From assembly GCA_009103225.1 (NCBI GenBank), contig RHPI01002119.1, forward strand, positions 372,001 to 436,000: a stretch of 64,000 bases of DNA, in the 5' to 3' direction. This DNA is from Chlorokybus atmophyticus. Its lineage: Eukaryota; Plantae; Mesostigma and Chlorokybus algae. The position numbers and the translations under genes were made by a program. Positions 52,600 through 64,000 of this stretch are shown here, piece after piece. The notes below the pieces were generated by a model. The model did not search any database and was not told the DNA's origin. It worked only from the letters and a program-made list of their open reading frames with translations. Position 1 is the stretch's first letter, and each line of letters begins with the position of its first letter.

Positions 52600-54450
52600 C
52601 TTCGGCATGGGTCAAACTGCACCAGCGCAGCGTGTATCCCGCATATCTTGCTTATCATCAACGGGTTGGCTTTGAGTGGGGCATACATGTTGTTATGGTT
52701 CTGTATCGTGCGTGTGTTATCTCGGGAAAGGGGCGCTCGCAGCCGCGGGATGCAAGCATTTGTGTGAGCTCAGCACAGTGTATCTAGATGAGAACCTACT
52801 ACTCAGCTCTGTCATTAATGTTTTGCGTGTCACACGCAACCATGCTAGGTGCAAGTTCGTGGTGGCTAGTTTGGATCTGATGCAAGTATTGCTTGTACGC
52901 CCTGTACGGCCATGTCGATACTGATGGCTCCGTGGAAAGACGTCATTTGAGACTTCGTTGCGCGCGCCTCGTTCACTTGAAAACACACTCAGATGGCGGA
53001 GAGCTTTGAGCCCCTGCAAAAGCAGTTGCCATTCAATGTGAGGCCAAGAGCATGGCAATGGTGCAAGCACTTTGAGACTTGCCAAGACTTGCCCTCATCA
53101 ACAACTTGTATTGCATCGCAAATGCTTTTGGTGATGGCTCGCGCGATGCTGTGAGGATGATCCGGTACCAGCACCTTTCTAGCCTGCATTATCGGCATCG
53201 TAATGGCTATGGATATTGCAATTGTCTCCACACCGTTTCTAACGACAAAGGCAAGCATGCATAGTGACCCCCTCCTAGACTTTCTCAATGCACCGCTGTA
53301 TACCCTTGCCTTGTCTAATGCCTTGACTCATTATGTAACTACCATTGCTCCCATTTTCACGGTCAACGATCTCTTCCTCTTCAGAACCCTCGTGGCTGCC
53401 TTGGCGGTGCGAAAGGATGTGTCAGCGAGGTTAGTTGATGGGTCCATCCACAGCGCTTTCATACGTTCGGCTCATGTTTCGACGCTGATGGCATTGTTGA
53501 AGATTTTATGTCCACCATCCGTCACAAATCATTGCGAGCGATTCGCTTGACATCTACCGTGCGTTCAACTTCTTTGTTGTCCGCGATAGGGGATATCCCC
53601 AATTTTGTATATACATAAATGGCATTACTCGTTTAGTGCCCTGAAGCGAAAGTGTCTTATTGGGTGTTTACGGTGGACCCCTCCGCTTTTTGTAATTTAC
53701 AGGTATGTGCATTCAACACAGTTATCCAGCAACTTGTTAAAATCCGATTAATGTTTTGGCGACGTTGCGCGTGTGCGAGAGCGGCTATCGTTGCCGGGAT
53801 GATTGCACATGAGGCGTAAGTGCGTGCTGTATCAATTTGGATTGCCTGCCACATTCAATAGGCTAACACTAAAAGCTTTGCTGCTTTAATTGACGCATTT
53901 GATGCACAATGTGGTGATCAACACCTCCGTCTTCAATATGATAAGCAATGCCCCCTTGCTTTGCAACACAAAAGAGTGCAACACGCAATTACATCCGACG
54001 TACTGATGCCTTGATAGTGTTTTGCGCATGTCCAAATGAAGCCACTTTAGCAGCGTTATACATAAGATGGCTTACTTCGTTCAGATTATGAAAATGCAGC
54101 CTTCTGAAGTGAGTTTCAAGTACATGACATTGCTTCGCTACAATTAGCAGCTATCAATGGTGTTAAGCATGCATGGTGGCTTTGCCGTTTCATTTCATCT
54201 TGCACATTCTATATTGTTTTTTTGTGTTGCAAAACGCTTTTACGCCAGTCCTCGTTCCTTGAAATTTTCATTTTACACTGCTCTTCGCAATATGGTAATT
54301 GCAAATGAATTTGGATTCCATGTGTGACGCAATGAGGTGTATTGTATTTCTTGTGAGGTGCGTTACCTTGTTGACCGGGATCATCTCTGCCTCACACCAA
54401 ACATAAGCCACTATCTTCAAGTGCATGCGGCTTTTAGCTCGGCAGGATGG
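52600..54450 (-). mobile_element. Heavily decayed hAT-superfamily transposase
   Basis: Colinear motif remnants across broken frames: RSNVMYLKLTSEGCIF, HIEDGGVDHHIV, DTFAS, LCMLAFVV, SFHGAISIDMA, SRGCERPF (52721-52750, dimerisation-domain GCER motif). No TIRs found. Confidence 0.55.
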
Positions 54451-54517
54451 CAGTACGGGCGCTAAAAATGAGAAGTGTCCAAGAAGTATTAATGATATTG
54501 CAACTTAAGAGACAAGT

Positions 54518-55089
54518 TGTACACCCTACCCCTCAAGACCTTTAACTTAATATTGCCCTTTCATGACTTGCACGATAATTGTGTGAGCGCGTTCTCATCA
54601 TCAAGGGTGGAATGCTCTCCACATCGTGATGTTGGGCTTCATTTCTACGTAATATAGCCTGATGCATTGCAACGTAAGCGGCGCCGTTGCCAAAGGGCAA
54701 CAATGGCCATGTACAGTAAATGCAAATGACATATGTGTGCAATCGCGGGCTTGCACCACAATCGGCTACGGAGGATCCTACAATCACGTTGTTTGAAAGT
54801 ACGATGCTCGTGGCGTGAGGCTTGCATGCTGGGTTCACGCGATAGTGCCAGTAGTTGCTTGGATGACAGTCACTGTTGTATGTACACATATATGTTGCTT
54901 GCAGGCACTGACACTAATGTGGTGTGGAGCTAGGTATTTTCCTAAACTCTAGCTATACTTGGAACAATGTCGCTCTTCCATGTGCTGCTTCATGTTAGTG
55001 TCTAGAGTCGCATGTGGTCGTACTTGCTGTGAGTACCCGCAGGCAAAGCGCCCGAACCCTCACCTCGATTGTCGGAGTATATCAAGCCA
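54518..55089 (+). repeat. Putative 5' LTR of the Gypsy element
   Basis: Ends in CA immediately before the PBS. The TG start at 54518 is a guess because the partner LTR is not in the window. Confidence 0.35.
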
Positions 55090-55101
55090 TGGCGACCACA
55101 G
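55090..55101 (+). promoter_or_regulatory. Putative primer-binding site (tRNA-Arg(UCG) 3' end)
   Basis: TGGCGACCACAG is complementary to the plant tRNA-Arg(UCG) 3' end (...CTGTGGTCGCCA) as I recall it. Confidence 0.55.
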
Positions 55102-56649
55102 CGTCCAATTGCCCAATGGCTTCTGACTCATTGCAATTCCTACTTGCGTAGGTGAGGCGCCGTTGTTGCTGCTCCTTTCTGCTTTATTGTCCAAGCTGCA
55201 GAAGGGCCCAGCTAGCTGTTGTGCATTGCTTGCCTGTTGCTGCTGCTATCCAACGATAATTGCTGCTTGTTGCCCTACGCTACACGCACACATTGCCTTG
55301 GGTCCAATTGTGTGCGGATGAGCCACTTCAACTGACGGTCAGTCCATAAGTCTTACCTATGTATATGTGGTCTGCGATCCCACACTCAGTGCGTGACAGG
55401 CTGTCACGCTCATCTTCTGACAGCTATGCCACACTAACATACAATCTGCTTCAAGTCTCTTGCATACATGGATGCTTATGTATCAGGCATGCCAGCGCAC
55501 ATAGCTGGGTTGCTATGCGTGTGGACATTAATGATATAGTTGGCTTGTGTTGGGTTGTTTTTATGTGTAGCGCTACGGGTTTGGCACTAATCTGATGACC
55601 TGCAACATGTCAAATATAATGCACGTTATGCGTGTTGTGGCATTATGTTTCTGCATGTGCTTATGGTTTGCAGATTGTAGTTACTGGTTTGCAATAGGTG
55701 CCACACTGTTGTTGATAATAGAGAGCGTACAAACTATGCAATGCGGTGCATGTGACCATGCGTACACATGGTCACATGCCGTGGTGTGGACAAGTATCAC
55801 AACAATTGCAGGATATTGTGGGGCTTGTGCATTGTCATGCCTCTCGCCCAAGCATGCCAGTCATCATCGGGCATGCCTACAGCGAGACCCTCGCCCGGCT
55901 TACCAGCATGGCAACCCGCGCGCGTCTCTGACCAGTAGCTAGGTCATGTCTCTAGAGTAGCTCATGACCATAGCCTACATAGGCACCGCGCGTAGCTGTT
56001 CAGTTGTGAGTTCAGTTATAAGTCAGGTTCTATATCGAGTGGTAATGTCCTGTGGAAATTAGCCTCGATATGACCGTTAGCTTATGTTCTGGACAGTCAT
56101 GAGTTGACTTATATAAGTAGGCACAGTGTTCACCAGATCAGCTGGTGACACTGTAAGTGAGAAAGCTAAGAGCTTGTGAAGCGACTTGAACTACGAAACA
56201 CACCGTCCTGGTTCCCAAGAATCCCCTCACCGTGTGAGAGTTTGTGCATGTTCTTGTGCACTGTGCTTGTCCTCGCTGTGAGCTTTGTGTACTTGGTTGC
56301 GGTGTGCTTGTTGGCATCAGTCAGGGCATAGCATCCACGTGTTGCTTGCTCATTCACCTCACTTAACAGTGTGATTTCTCTTCCACTCACGCAAAGAACT
56401 GTGTAAACAGCACTACCTATCATAGTGGCTTGTTGACTTACAGTGTCACCCTCTTTGCTCAAGTGAGTGTAGTTGCAGGCTGTACATCAGCATCGCAATC
56501 TGTAGTTGTACACATCACAGTGCAGTGTTGTCACCGTCATCGCATAGCGCGCACAAGCGCTAGTGTGTTGGGTGATAGCAGCACTGGAGATCCCATTGTA
56601 GAGCACAAACACTCTACCCTTCATCCACTTTCACCATCGCATCAGCTGT

Positions 56650-59343
56650 ATGAGCAGGCCCACCCCTTTCTCGCCAATAGAAGAAGGGGACCTCAACAGC
56701 TGGAGCCCAACCTCCAACCTTACCTACGAGCGCGCAAGTGAAGGGAGCGATTACCGTAGCAGCAGAGGCTCACGCCCCGTCTCCGGCTTCACCTCCTCTC
56801 ACTCCACTCCTCGTCAACGAGCATCTCCACCACCGTCGGACAGTGACGACGAAGAGATGGAGCCTTCCAGCTCAACCAACTCCCTACGCTTCTCCGGACG
56901 CCCTGGCACCACCTCACTTGACGAGTTCATCATCAAGTTCCACTCCAAGATGCGGCAGCAAGCCCTCAAGAGCAAGGACTGGACAGACGAGGTATCGTTT
57001 CATGTGTCCGCCCAATACCTTGATCACGAAGCACATGATGTGTGGAAGTCCGTCGCTGAGTTGCACAAGATTGATGGCTATGGCAAGTTGGCCAGCACAA
57101 TAGCCGCCACGTCACTGCACAGCCCATCGGTTACGGTCCCTGTAGCAGCGGCCCCGCCCGCCTCAGTCACGGGTCTCACTCTAGCTGCAGTCATGGAGAA
57201 GGCAGAGAATGAAGAGGTTGAGGTGGTAGTGGCCGCATTGATTCCTGCAGAGATCGAAAGCAAGAAGGCCGAGCGCCGGATCAGAATACTCAACCGCACC
57301 GCTGCCATCATTAGGGAGCAACAAGAGGAGCAGCAAGCTGCAGCATTGGAGATGGGTACGCCCCTGCTACCAACACCGAACTCGCGTGCTCCAGCGGGAG
57401 CCAGTGTTTTCACCCTCGGCTCAGTGGCATTGCGTGCACCCGCGCTTACAGTGGGCGCGGCCATGTCGGACTCCCCGTTGAAGGACCTCTACGCCGCACT
57501 TCGGCGCACCTTCCCACCTCAAACCAACAGCAAGGTGGAGGAGTTGAGGCGTTTTCGACGGAAGCCCCACGAGGACCCTTCCCGACTGTATTCACGGTTG
57601 GAAGGGTTGCTTAAAGACACTGACTACAAGATCGTTAGTGAGGAGGCGGCAGCAGTGGTGTATGTGGCCGAGTTGGATCCCACCCTGAGAAAGTCAACGC
57701 GCCTGACGCTGAACTACAGCAGGCCCCTCGGCTACACCCTCAAGGAAGCTTTCGAGACTGCACAAGCCATCCTTAAGCGTGCAGTGTATGAGAAAGCGGT
57801 GCTGGACACCAACCGCAGTGCCTCACGGCCTATGGCAGGCACAAGTGCGGAGCCTCTTCGGCGGGACCGCAGCCGCGAGCCGCAAGGCATCCATTACAAG
57901 GATAAACGGTCAGCTCATGCTGCCCTTGTGGCTCCAGTGCTGTGCCACCGGTGTGGTCGACATGGCCACTACTAAAAAGAGTGCACCGAAGATTATGGCA
58001 ACCTTGTGTGCGACCACTGCCACAAGACGGGACTTTTGGAGACAGTATGCTGGCTCAAGTTCCCTGAGCTGCGGCCCTCTATTGGCTACAACAACGACAA
58101 CAACGCTGTTGGCTACCGCGGCAACAACAACAACAACGGGGGCTACAACAACAGCAACCACGCTGGCGGCTACAACAACAGCAACAACGCTGGTGGCCAC
58201 AACCCCAACAACAACAATAACCCTGGCGCCCGCAAGGAAAAAGCTGGCTATAGAGGGAAAAACCGCCCTCCACAGCACAAAGGACTTGAGGGACGTCCTC
58301 GCGCTAGAGCTGCTGCTGTAAAGGCACCAACCAATCCACCGGCTATTGACCAAGTGGCAGCTCTGATGGCGCGCGTGGCACAGCTGGAGGAGAACAAGGA
58401 GCAGGACTATCAAGCCTGCTATGCTGCTAGGTGGGCACTGATGGCACCGAAACGGGATAGGGACACTCCCACGCCGTCACGCGTACAACCATCCAGACGT
58501 GCGCGCAGGGAAGCTGGCGCGTCGTCAACAGCGGCATCGTCGGACGCCACAAGTGGCGCTGCCTCGGCAGCCACAACCATTGCTGGGACGACGCCGTCGA
58601 CGACACCGTCGGCATCCACACCGACCACGACAGCAGGTGTCAGCACTCTTGGCACCACGCTGTCCCCGGTGATAGAGAGCACCCACGCCGCAACAACCAT
58701 GGTCATTGCATTCGTAAGTGGTGAATCCACCACTCCTGCCTCCATCGAAGCGACCACATCAACCGCAACTGCTGCCACCCTCACAGCCGCCACCTCAGTA
58801 ACGACGACTGCTGCAGGTGCCACCACCATCGCCTCCAGTAGTGCTGCCATACCCACTGCACCACTTCCTGAGGGACGAACGGCACCGCCACCAGCGTTGG
58901 ACGTCACACAGCAAGTGCCACGCGGGCCACAAGCAGAGCGCGCTTGGGTGTCGGTTCTACGCAACGTGGAACCCACCACCATTGCGTACGGACCAGAGGG
59001 GCAACGCACCACGCGCGTGGCACGCGATGATCGCATCTTGCCCCTACCACCACCAGAGTACCACACGCTGCCGGAACCCACACAACAACAGCTGGAGGAT
59101 GAAATCCTCGCCGGCACTGCACCAGAGATGAGGGATCGTCTGTTCGGGGTCACCTACCGACGACCTGCGGTATTGGAGCTGGCCATCCAGTTGTTCCTGG
59201 CGTTACACGCACGATTGCAGGGCGCACCCAGTCAAACGCAGCAACCCATGCCCGCTCAACAGATCGACTTCAAGCCCTCACCACTGGACCCACTCGGCCT
59301 CCAGCGGCACAAAAATGCAAGACCTCGTGGTCACCATGTCTGA
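56650..59343 (+). pseudogene. gag with zinc knuckles and an N/G- and T/A-rich extension (premature TAA at 57973)
   Basis: ORFs 56650-57975 and 58006-59343 are in the same frame. Knuckles: CHRCGRHGHY*KEC (CX2CX4HX4C) and CDHCHKTGLLETVC (His replaced by Leu). Confidence 0.8.
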
Positions 59344-59750
59344 CATCGCGCTGGGCGCTGATCCCATCTCCGGGGGCTCACTCCAGGCAGTCGTCAAGAG
59401 CGTTTCTCTGCACTCAAACAAGCCCATCGTTATCGAATGGACCAAGCTGCCCAAGTGGACGCGCGCCGACAAGCGTACGAAGCAGCACACACCGTTATCG
59501 GACCTGAGCGCCAGCAAATGTCGCCAGCGCCTCTACGGCGCTGACCACAGCGTACTCCACGGCAATCGCCATCGAGCAGCCAGGACACGCAACTGTTGCA
59601 GACCAAGCGAGGGCGTTGGCGCAACAATTGAGGGGGGTAATCGCCCCGCTGCTGCCTCCTTTGGTCGAAGACATGCCTTAAGATCAACGCGACGCAGGGC
59701 GAGGGTACTATACCCCGCAAGGGGACACCACACAGCGAGGAGGAGCTGGT

Positions 59751-61145
59751 ATGGTGGGGGAGCAACAACTCCGTACCGCACTCATCCGGCAAGCAGTCAT
59801 GTTGCACAGGCCTGAGGGCAACACATTAAGACAGATGATGGGGATGCAAGAGGGCAGCGCCGCTCGAGCCCGTCTCGTGACATGGCTCGTTGCCAATCAC
59901 CCTGCTGTCCCCCTGTTTGCCTTTGGCAACCGAGCGTCATGGTTGGGGGCATTCGTTCGTTCGCTGCGACAAGCATACGACGAGGCTGCCACCACAGCCC
60001 CGGACACGCTGAAGGGAGTGCAAGAGGCAATGCTGTGGCTGCCAGGGGTGGAAGCCGCACGGCAACGGCGGCGCATCGCCATTGCTCATGAGCTACACGC
60101 ACAGCAGACTGACCTCCAGCGCACCCTACGTGCTCGCGCCATGACCGTGCTTGATGTGGGAGTGGTACAAGGAAGGTGGGATGCCTACATCATGATGGCA
60201 GGGATCTTGCGAGTCCCCACCATCACTCACGACATGCGGCGACAGCTACTACGCGCCGTATACCTGCAGCCCATGCCTCAATATCATCATTGGACCGACA
60301 CGGACACCGAGCCCACGGCCACGTGGGAAGGGACATTGGTCAGAGAAGCGGCTCATGCTGTTCGATGGACGTACGCCGCGGAGCAAGCTGAACACGAGGC
60401 AGGCCCACAAACACCGGGTCCGCCGGGGTTTCCTCCACAGCCATTGGGTACACCCGCGGGCATGATTCCAGCTTCGCAGAGGCGTCATCCACCTGCGCCG
60501 CCACCACAACCAGCGCCGGAACCTCCAGCACCGAGGCCCCCCCGTGTCTACCAACCACCACGACAAGGTCGGTTCGGCAGAGGGAGAGGGCAAGGAGGGG
60601 GTTCTCCGGACCCAGCAGGCACAGGAGCTCTGGCTGCCATGCGCTCAGCACCGCCAGCTGAGACAACTGAGTCAGAGGTACAGACACCTCGTATGAAGAG
60701 GCTGCGTATCGACGCCAATGCTGCCATGGTGGCCAACCGAGGCAAGCACGATACCATCAACGGTCTGGCACCCAAGCGAGTAATGTTGGACACCGGAGCA
60801 CAGCCTGTCATCATCGGGCGCTTCCTTGCGCGGTCCCTAGGCATAACCAGCTCCGACTTGGTGCCGTGCCCGTACGTGTTGGACACTGCCACAGGTAGCC
60901 GAGATAAGGTGATGGGAGTCACCAGGGAGGCCTTTTGCATTCGGTTGACAGGGCTGGACCCAACCCACACAACCGAGATCGTCCAGCAATGTATGGTCAC
61001 CAATGCCGGCTCCTTCGACTTTCTGCTTGGGCAGGACTTCAACTTCCCTGTGGGCATGGGCCTCGACTGCTGGATAGAGCGAGCGTGGTTTCGGCCATAT
61101 TGGGATGAGGATGACGGAGAGGTACAGGGTTTCCTGCCTCTCTAG
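59751..61145 (+). pseudogene. Unknown domain plus retroviral-type aspartic protease
   Basis: RVMLDTGAQPVIIG (DTG at 60789-60797) and FDFLLGQDF. Confidence 0.8.
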
Positions 61146-62465
61146 TTGGTCTCGCGCACGCGCGCCCAACGCAAAATGGTTGCCATGGCCACACGCAGCC
61201 ACGCCCGCACCCGGAAGGCTGTAATGGCCACATACGACGGCACTCGGACGCAAGTCGCTGCTGGTGCCACGGCCCCGTGTCGAACCGGCGACTCCTCTCC
61301 CATCCCGTACAACGAGGAGCAGGAGGATGCCACCGTGAAAGTAGCATTACAAGACCCAGCTGAACGGCGCTGGCGCGCACAGGTGGACGCACACATCTTG
61401 CTCAGCCATCCCCTGATCACCACGCGCTTCCCCAACTACCGAAGCCACGTCAAGGTGCAGGACCGCCATATGGTGGCCACCGGAGTGGTGAAGTTCCACA
61501 CCTTTCGCAGGCAACAGGGCATCACAGTGTTGGAGCTGTTTGGAGGCATTGGCAGTGGTCTTGCTGCGGTCCTCAACACAGGCGTGAAGACTGTCAAATA
61601 CTATTATTGCGACCCAGACCCACACGCGCAAACGATCCTCAAACACCACTTACGCCAACTGCACGCCAGGTATCCACGTCAACTACCCCTCTCGGCGTTG
61701 CAAGGCAGCCTCAAAGCATTGCCACAGGACATCCGGCTGATCACTGAAGATCATCTACTGTCCCTTGGCAACGTCGACCTGTTAATAGCGGGATGGGAAT
61801 GTCAAGGGCACTCCAGGGCAGGCAAGGGGCAAGGCCTCGAAAACCCTCGCTCCGGGCAAATCTGGGAGCTGATGAGAATCATCCACCTCCTTCAACACCA
61901 CCAGATCTCCAGACCCCTGGGGTACGTCATCGAAAATGTGCATTCAGAGGACGACAAGCGTCCGCACGTGGTCTCCAGCTACCGACAAGTTTGCTCCATT
62001 CTGGGGCACCCACTCAAGGTGAACGCAACATGACATGGCTCGCGCGCACATCGTGTACGTGCCAAATGGACAAACTTGGCCACCGTGGAGGAACTCATGA
62101 CCGCCGAATACACACGCAGCGCTCGGCCGCGCAACCTGCTGGTCGACGACATCTTTGACCCCAGCCGCACACCACAACCTGTCCTGCGTCATGACCACAA
62201 CCACTTCTACCCGTGCAATCAGCCCGGTCAGCCCCGTCGCGCACTCCCAACATTGGTGTCCTACCCGGGCTCCTACGCATTTCGAAACGTTGGTGACGGG
62301 ATGGTGTTCGATGCGACCACCAACAGGCTGGAAGAACCCAACACACGCGAACGTGAACGCGCCATGGGATTCTTCCCCAACAGCATCACGGGCTCATCGC
62401 TGACGGACAGTTAGCAATGCCAGCTGCTTGGTCGCGCCATGGACCAAAACAGCATGGTATGGCTG
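61146..62465 (+). pseudogene. C5 cytosine DNA methyltransferase domain (DNMT3-like) in the pol frame, two premature stops
   Basis: Motif I VLELFGGIG (61527-61553), IV DLLIAGWECQGHS (Cys at 61800), VI YVIENV (61932), VIII AHRVRAKWTNL, IX RERERAMGF, X QLLGRAM. Confidence 0.9.
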
Positions 62466-62679
62466 CTGGAGCTGAGCTTCGCGTTGCAGGACCGCCACGT
62501 GTCCTTCGAAGATCTCGAACACTTGGCTGGGGGGTGGGCTGATCGCGTGGTCGACACCAAGGCAGCTCACACAGCCCTAGAGGTGATCCACATGGAGGAG
62601 CAAGCAGCGGTGACAGTGGAGGACATCCCTGTGGTTGCCAATGCAACCTCCTGGGACCATGCCATTGGCCCGTTGGCCA

Positions 62680-63052
62680 CAGAAGACACTCGCGAGAAGC
62701 TGGAGGCTCTCCTCAACAAATGGAGGAGCCAATACAGTTTCAATGTGAGGGAACTGGGTACATGCTCAGTGTAGCAGATGGACATCGAGCTGGTGGACAC
62801 TGAGCCGGTGTTCTGACGACAATGCAGGCTCTCCAAGTTGGAAGAAGACTTGGTGGAACAGAGATGTAAAGCGCTGCTGGATGCAGGCCTTATCGAAGAG
62901 TCCACATCGGACTTCGCAGCAGCAACCGTCATGCCACTGAAGAAGGATTCAGCCGGCAACTGGACAGAGCGACGCATGTGTGGCGACTATCGCCCTCTCA
63001 ACAACAAGACCAAGCAAGACCGGTACCCCATGCCCACAGCAGAGGGTATTTT
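62680..63052 (+). pseudogene. Gypsy reverse transcriptase N-terminus, truncated by an insertion
   Basis: LLDAGLIEESTSDFAAATVMPLKKD..WTERRMCGDYRPLNNKTKQDRYPMP. Confidence 0.92.
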
Positions 63053-63476
63053 TGTTGAGAGTATTCCTACATACGATCAGCATCGACCCTCCACACAGGA
63101 GTAGAAGGTCGTAAGGACGAGCACTAGGTCCGGACTTAGCAAGATGGCATCGTCGGACCAGACTCCGGACTCCAGACTGGAGCCTTACTAACTGCTTCGT
63201 ATCTCCGCGTATACTTACTCATATTGGGCGTGTAAGAGCTTGTAGGAAAGCTCTAGTTGTAAGGAAGACAACGCAGCTTAGAGCGCGTCAAAAGGCTGAG
63301 TATAGCTTACGCAGTGCTTGCAAACGTAGACGTGTGTGTAACTGGCTGGTATAAGAACCAGCGGACAACTTGTAATAGATGAATGTGATGTGACTTGTGT
63401 ATGCTCTGGTGGCGGTAGCTCTGTCTCTGTGCATCTATGCTTGCCTCAACTACATGTGCATGCTAGTCCTTCAACA
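63053..63476 (+). repeat. Copia 5' LTR (424 bp)
   Basis: 6-bp inverted termini TGTTGA/TCAACA, directly followed by the PBS. Confidence 0.88.
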
Positions 63477-63489
63477 GGTTATGGGCCCA
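63477..63489 (+). promoter_or_regulatory. Half-molecule tRNA-iMet primer-binding site
   Basis: GGTTATGGGCCCA is the internal tRNA-iMet PBS type known from Drosophila copia, yeast Ty5 and Volvox Osser. Confidence 0.85.
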
Positions 63490-63603
63490 CACTACGCTTG
63501 AGGAGTGTGAGACTAGCTTGTGTGCATAGTAGTTCTACACTACGGTAGCTTGTTGGTAGCAGAGCCTTGGGTGTCAACTGCAAGAAAGGCAGGCTCGACA
63601 GAA

Positions 63604-64000
63604 ATGGAGGCGACCTACGACAAGGGGCAGATTGCAAAGCTGGACACCGACAACTACAACACATGGTGCGTGGAGATGAAGGCCTTGCTCATCCACAAGA
63701 AGGTGTGGAAGTACGTTGATCCGAAGGCACCACCACCAACACCAGGAGCGAACACTGTGTGGTCAGAGCATTCAGCAGAAGCACACTCTTTGCTTGTGTT
63801 GAACAGCAAACCGCATCACTTTCCCATGCTCACTGCATGTGAAGATGGTAGACAAGCTTGGGAAAAGCTATCAGCCGTTTTCAGAGCCAAGAACAATGCC
63901 AGAAAGTTGCATCTACGCAAGCAGCTAAGCGCACTCAGGAAGGAGGCAACAGAACCCATCACAAAGTATGTTGCGCGCGCGAGAGAGCTGTGGGCGGACC
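63604..64000 (+). CDS. Copia gag (DUF4219/UBN2-like), partial and uninterrupted
   Basis: MEATYDKGQIAKLDTDNYNTWCVEMKALLIHKKVWKYV...AWEKLSAVF...LRKQLSALRK..EPITKYVARARELW. Confidence 0.9.
   Translation, partial: MEATYDKGQIAKLDTDNYNTWCVEMKALLIHKKVWKYVDPKAPPPTPGANTVWSEHSAEAHSLLVLNSKPHHFPMLTACEDGRQAWEKLSAVFRAKNNARKLHLRKQLSALRKEATEPITKYVARARELWAD

Larger units (their letters stand above)
54518..63052 (+). mobile_element. Decayed Ty3/Gypsy LTR retrotransposon carrying a DNMT3-like methyltransferase, interrupted in RT by a Copia insertion
   Basis: Order: putative LTR, tRNA-Arg-type PBS, long leader, gag with two CCHC knuckles, protease (LDTGA), C5-MTase, RT N-terminus (RMCGDYRPLN). The left boundary is tentative. 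Confidence 0.85.
63053..64000 (+). mobile_element. Ty1/Copia LTR retrotransposon (5' LTR, PBS and gag), runs off the window
   Basis: LTR TGTTGA...TCAACA, PBS GGTTATGGGCCCA, gag from 63604. Confidence 0.92.

Overview
Intron-rich eukaryotic nuclear DNA. The gene set is plant-type, introns are short, GC is high and telo-boxes are present, so I infer an early-diverging streptophyte alga; the species is not determined. Positions 1-40.4 kb are mostly housekeeping genes in divergent pairs: SMARCAL1, GOS1, HAT1, RBMX2, PIGC, MYND/MSS51-like, ceramide glucosyltransferase, eIF3i, C1D, ABCI20 and D-amino-acid transaminase. This part also holds tRNA-Ser(AGA), a frameshifted K+-channel relic, orphan genes and a ~230 bp pre-miRNA-like hairpin. 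At 41.3-48.2 kb lie two tandem paralogues of an unrecognised protein family, each carrying a dehydrin-like K-segment. These are followed by a TPR gene and decayed hAT transposase fragments. From ~54.5 kb there is a decayed Ty3/Gypsy LTR retrotransposon that encodes a DNMT3-like C5 cytosine methyltransferase in-frame between its protease and reverse transcriptase. An apparently younger Ty1/Copia element has inserted into that RT and runs off the window end. All calls come from manual translation and recalled family motifs; no searches were run, and exon boundaries are approximate unless stated.
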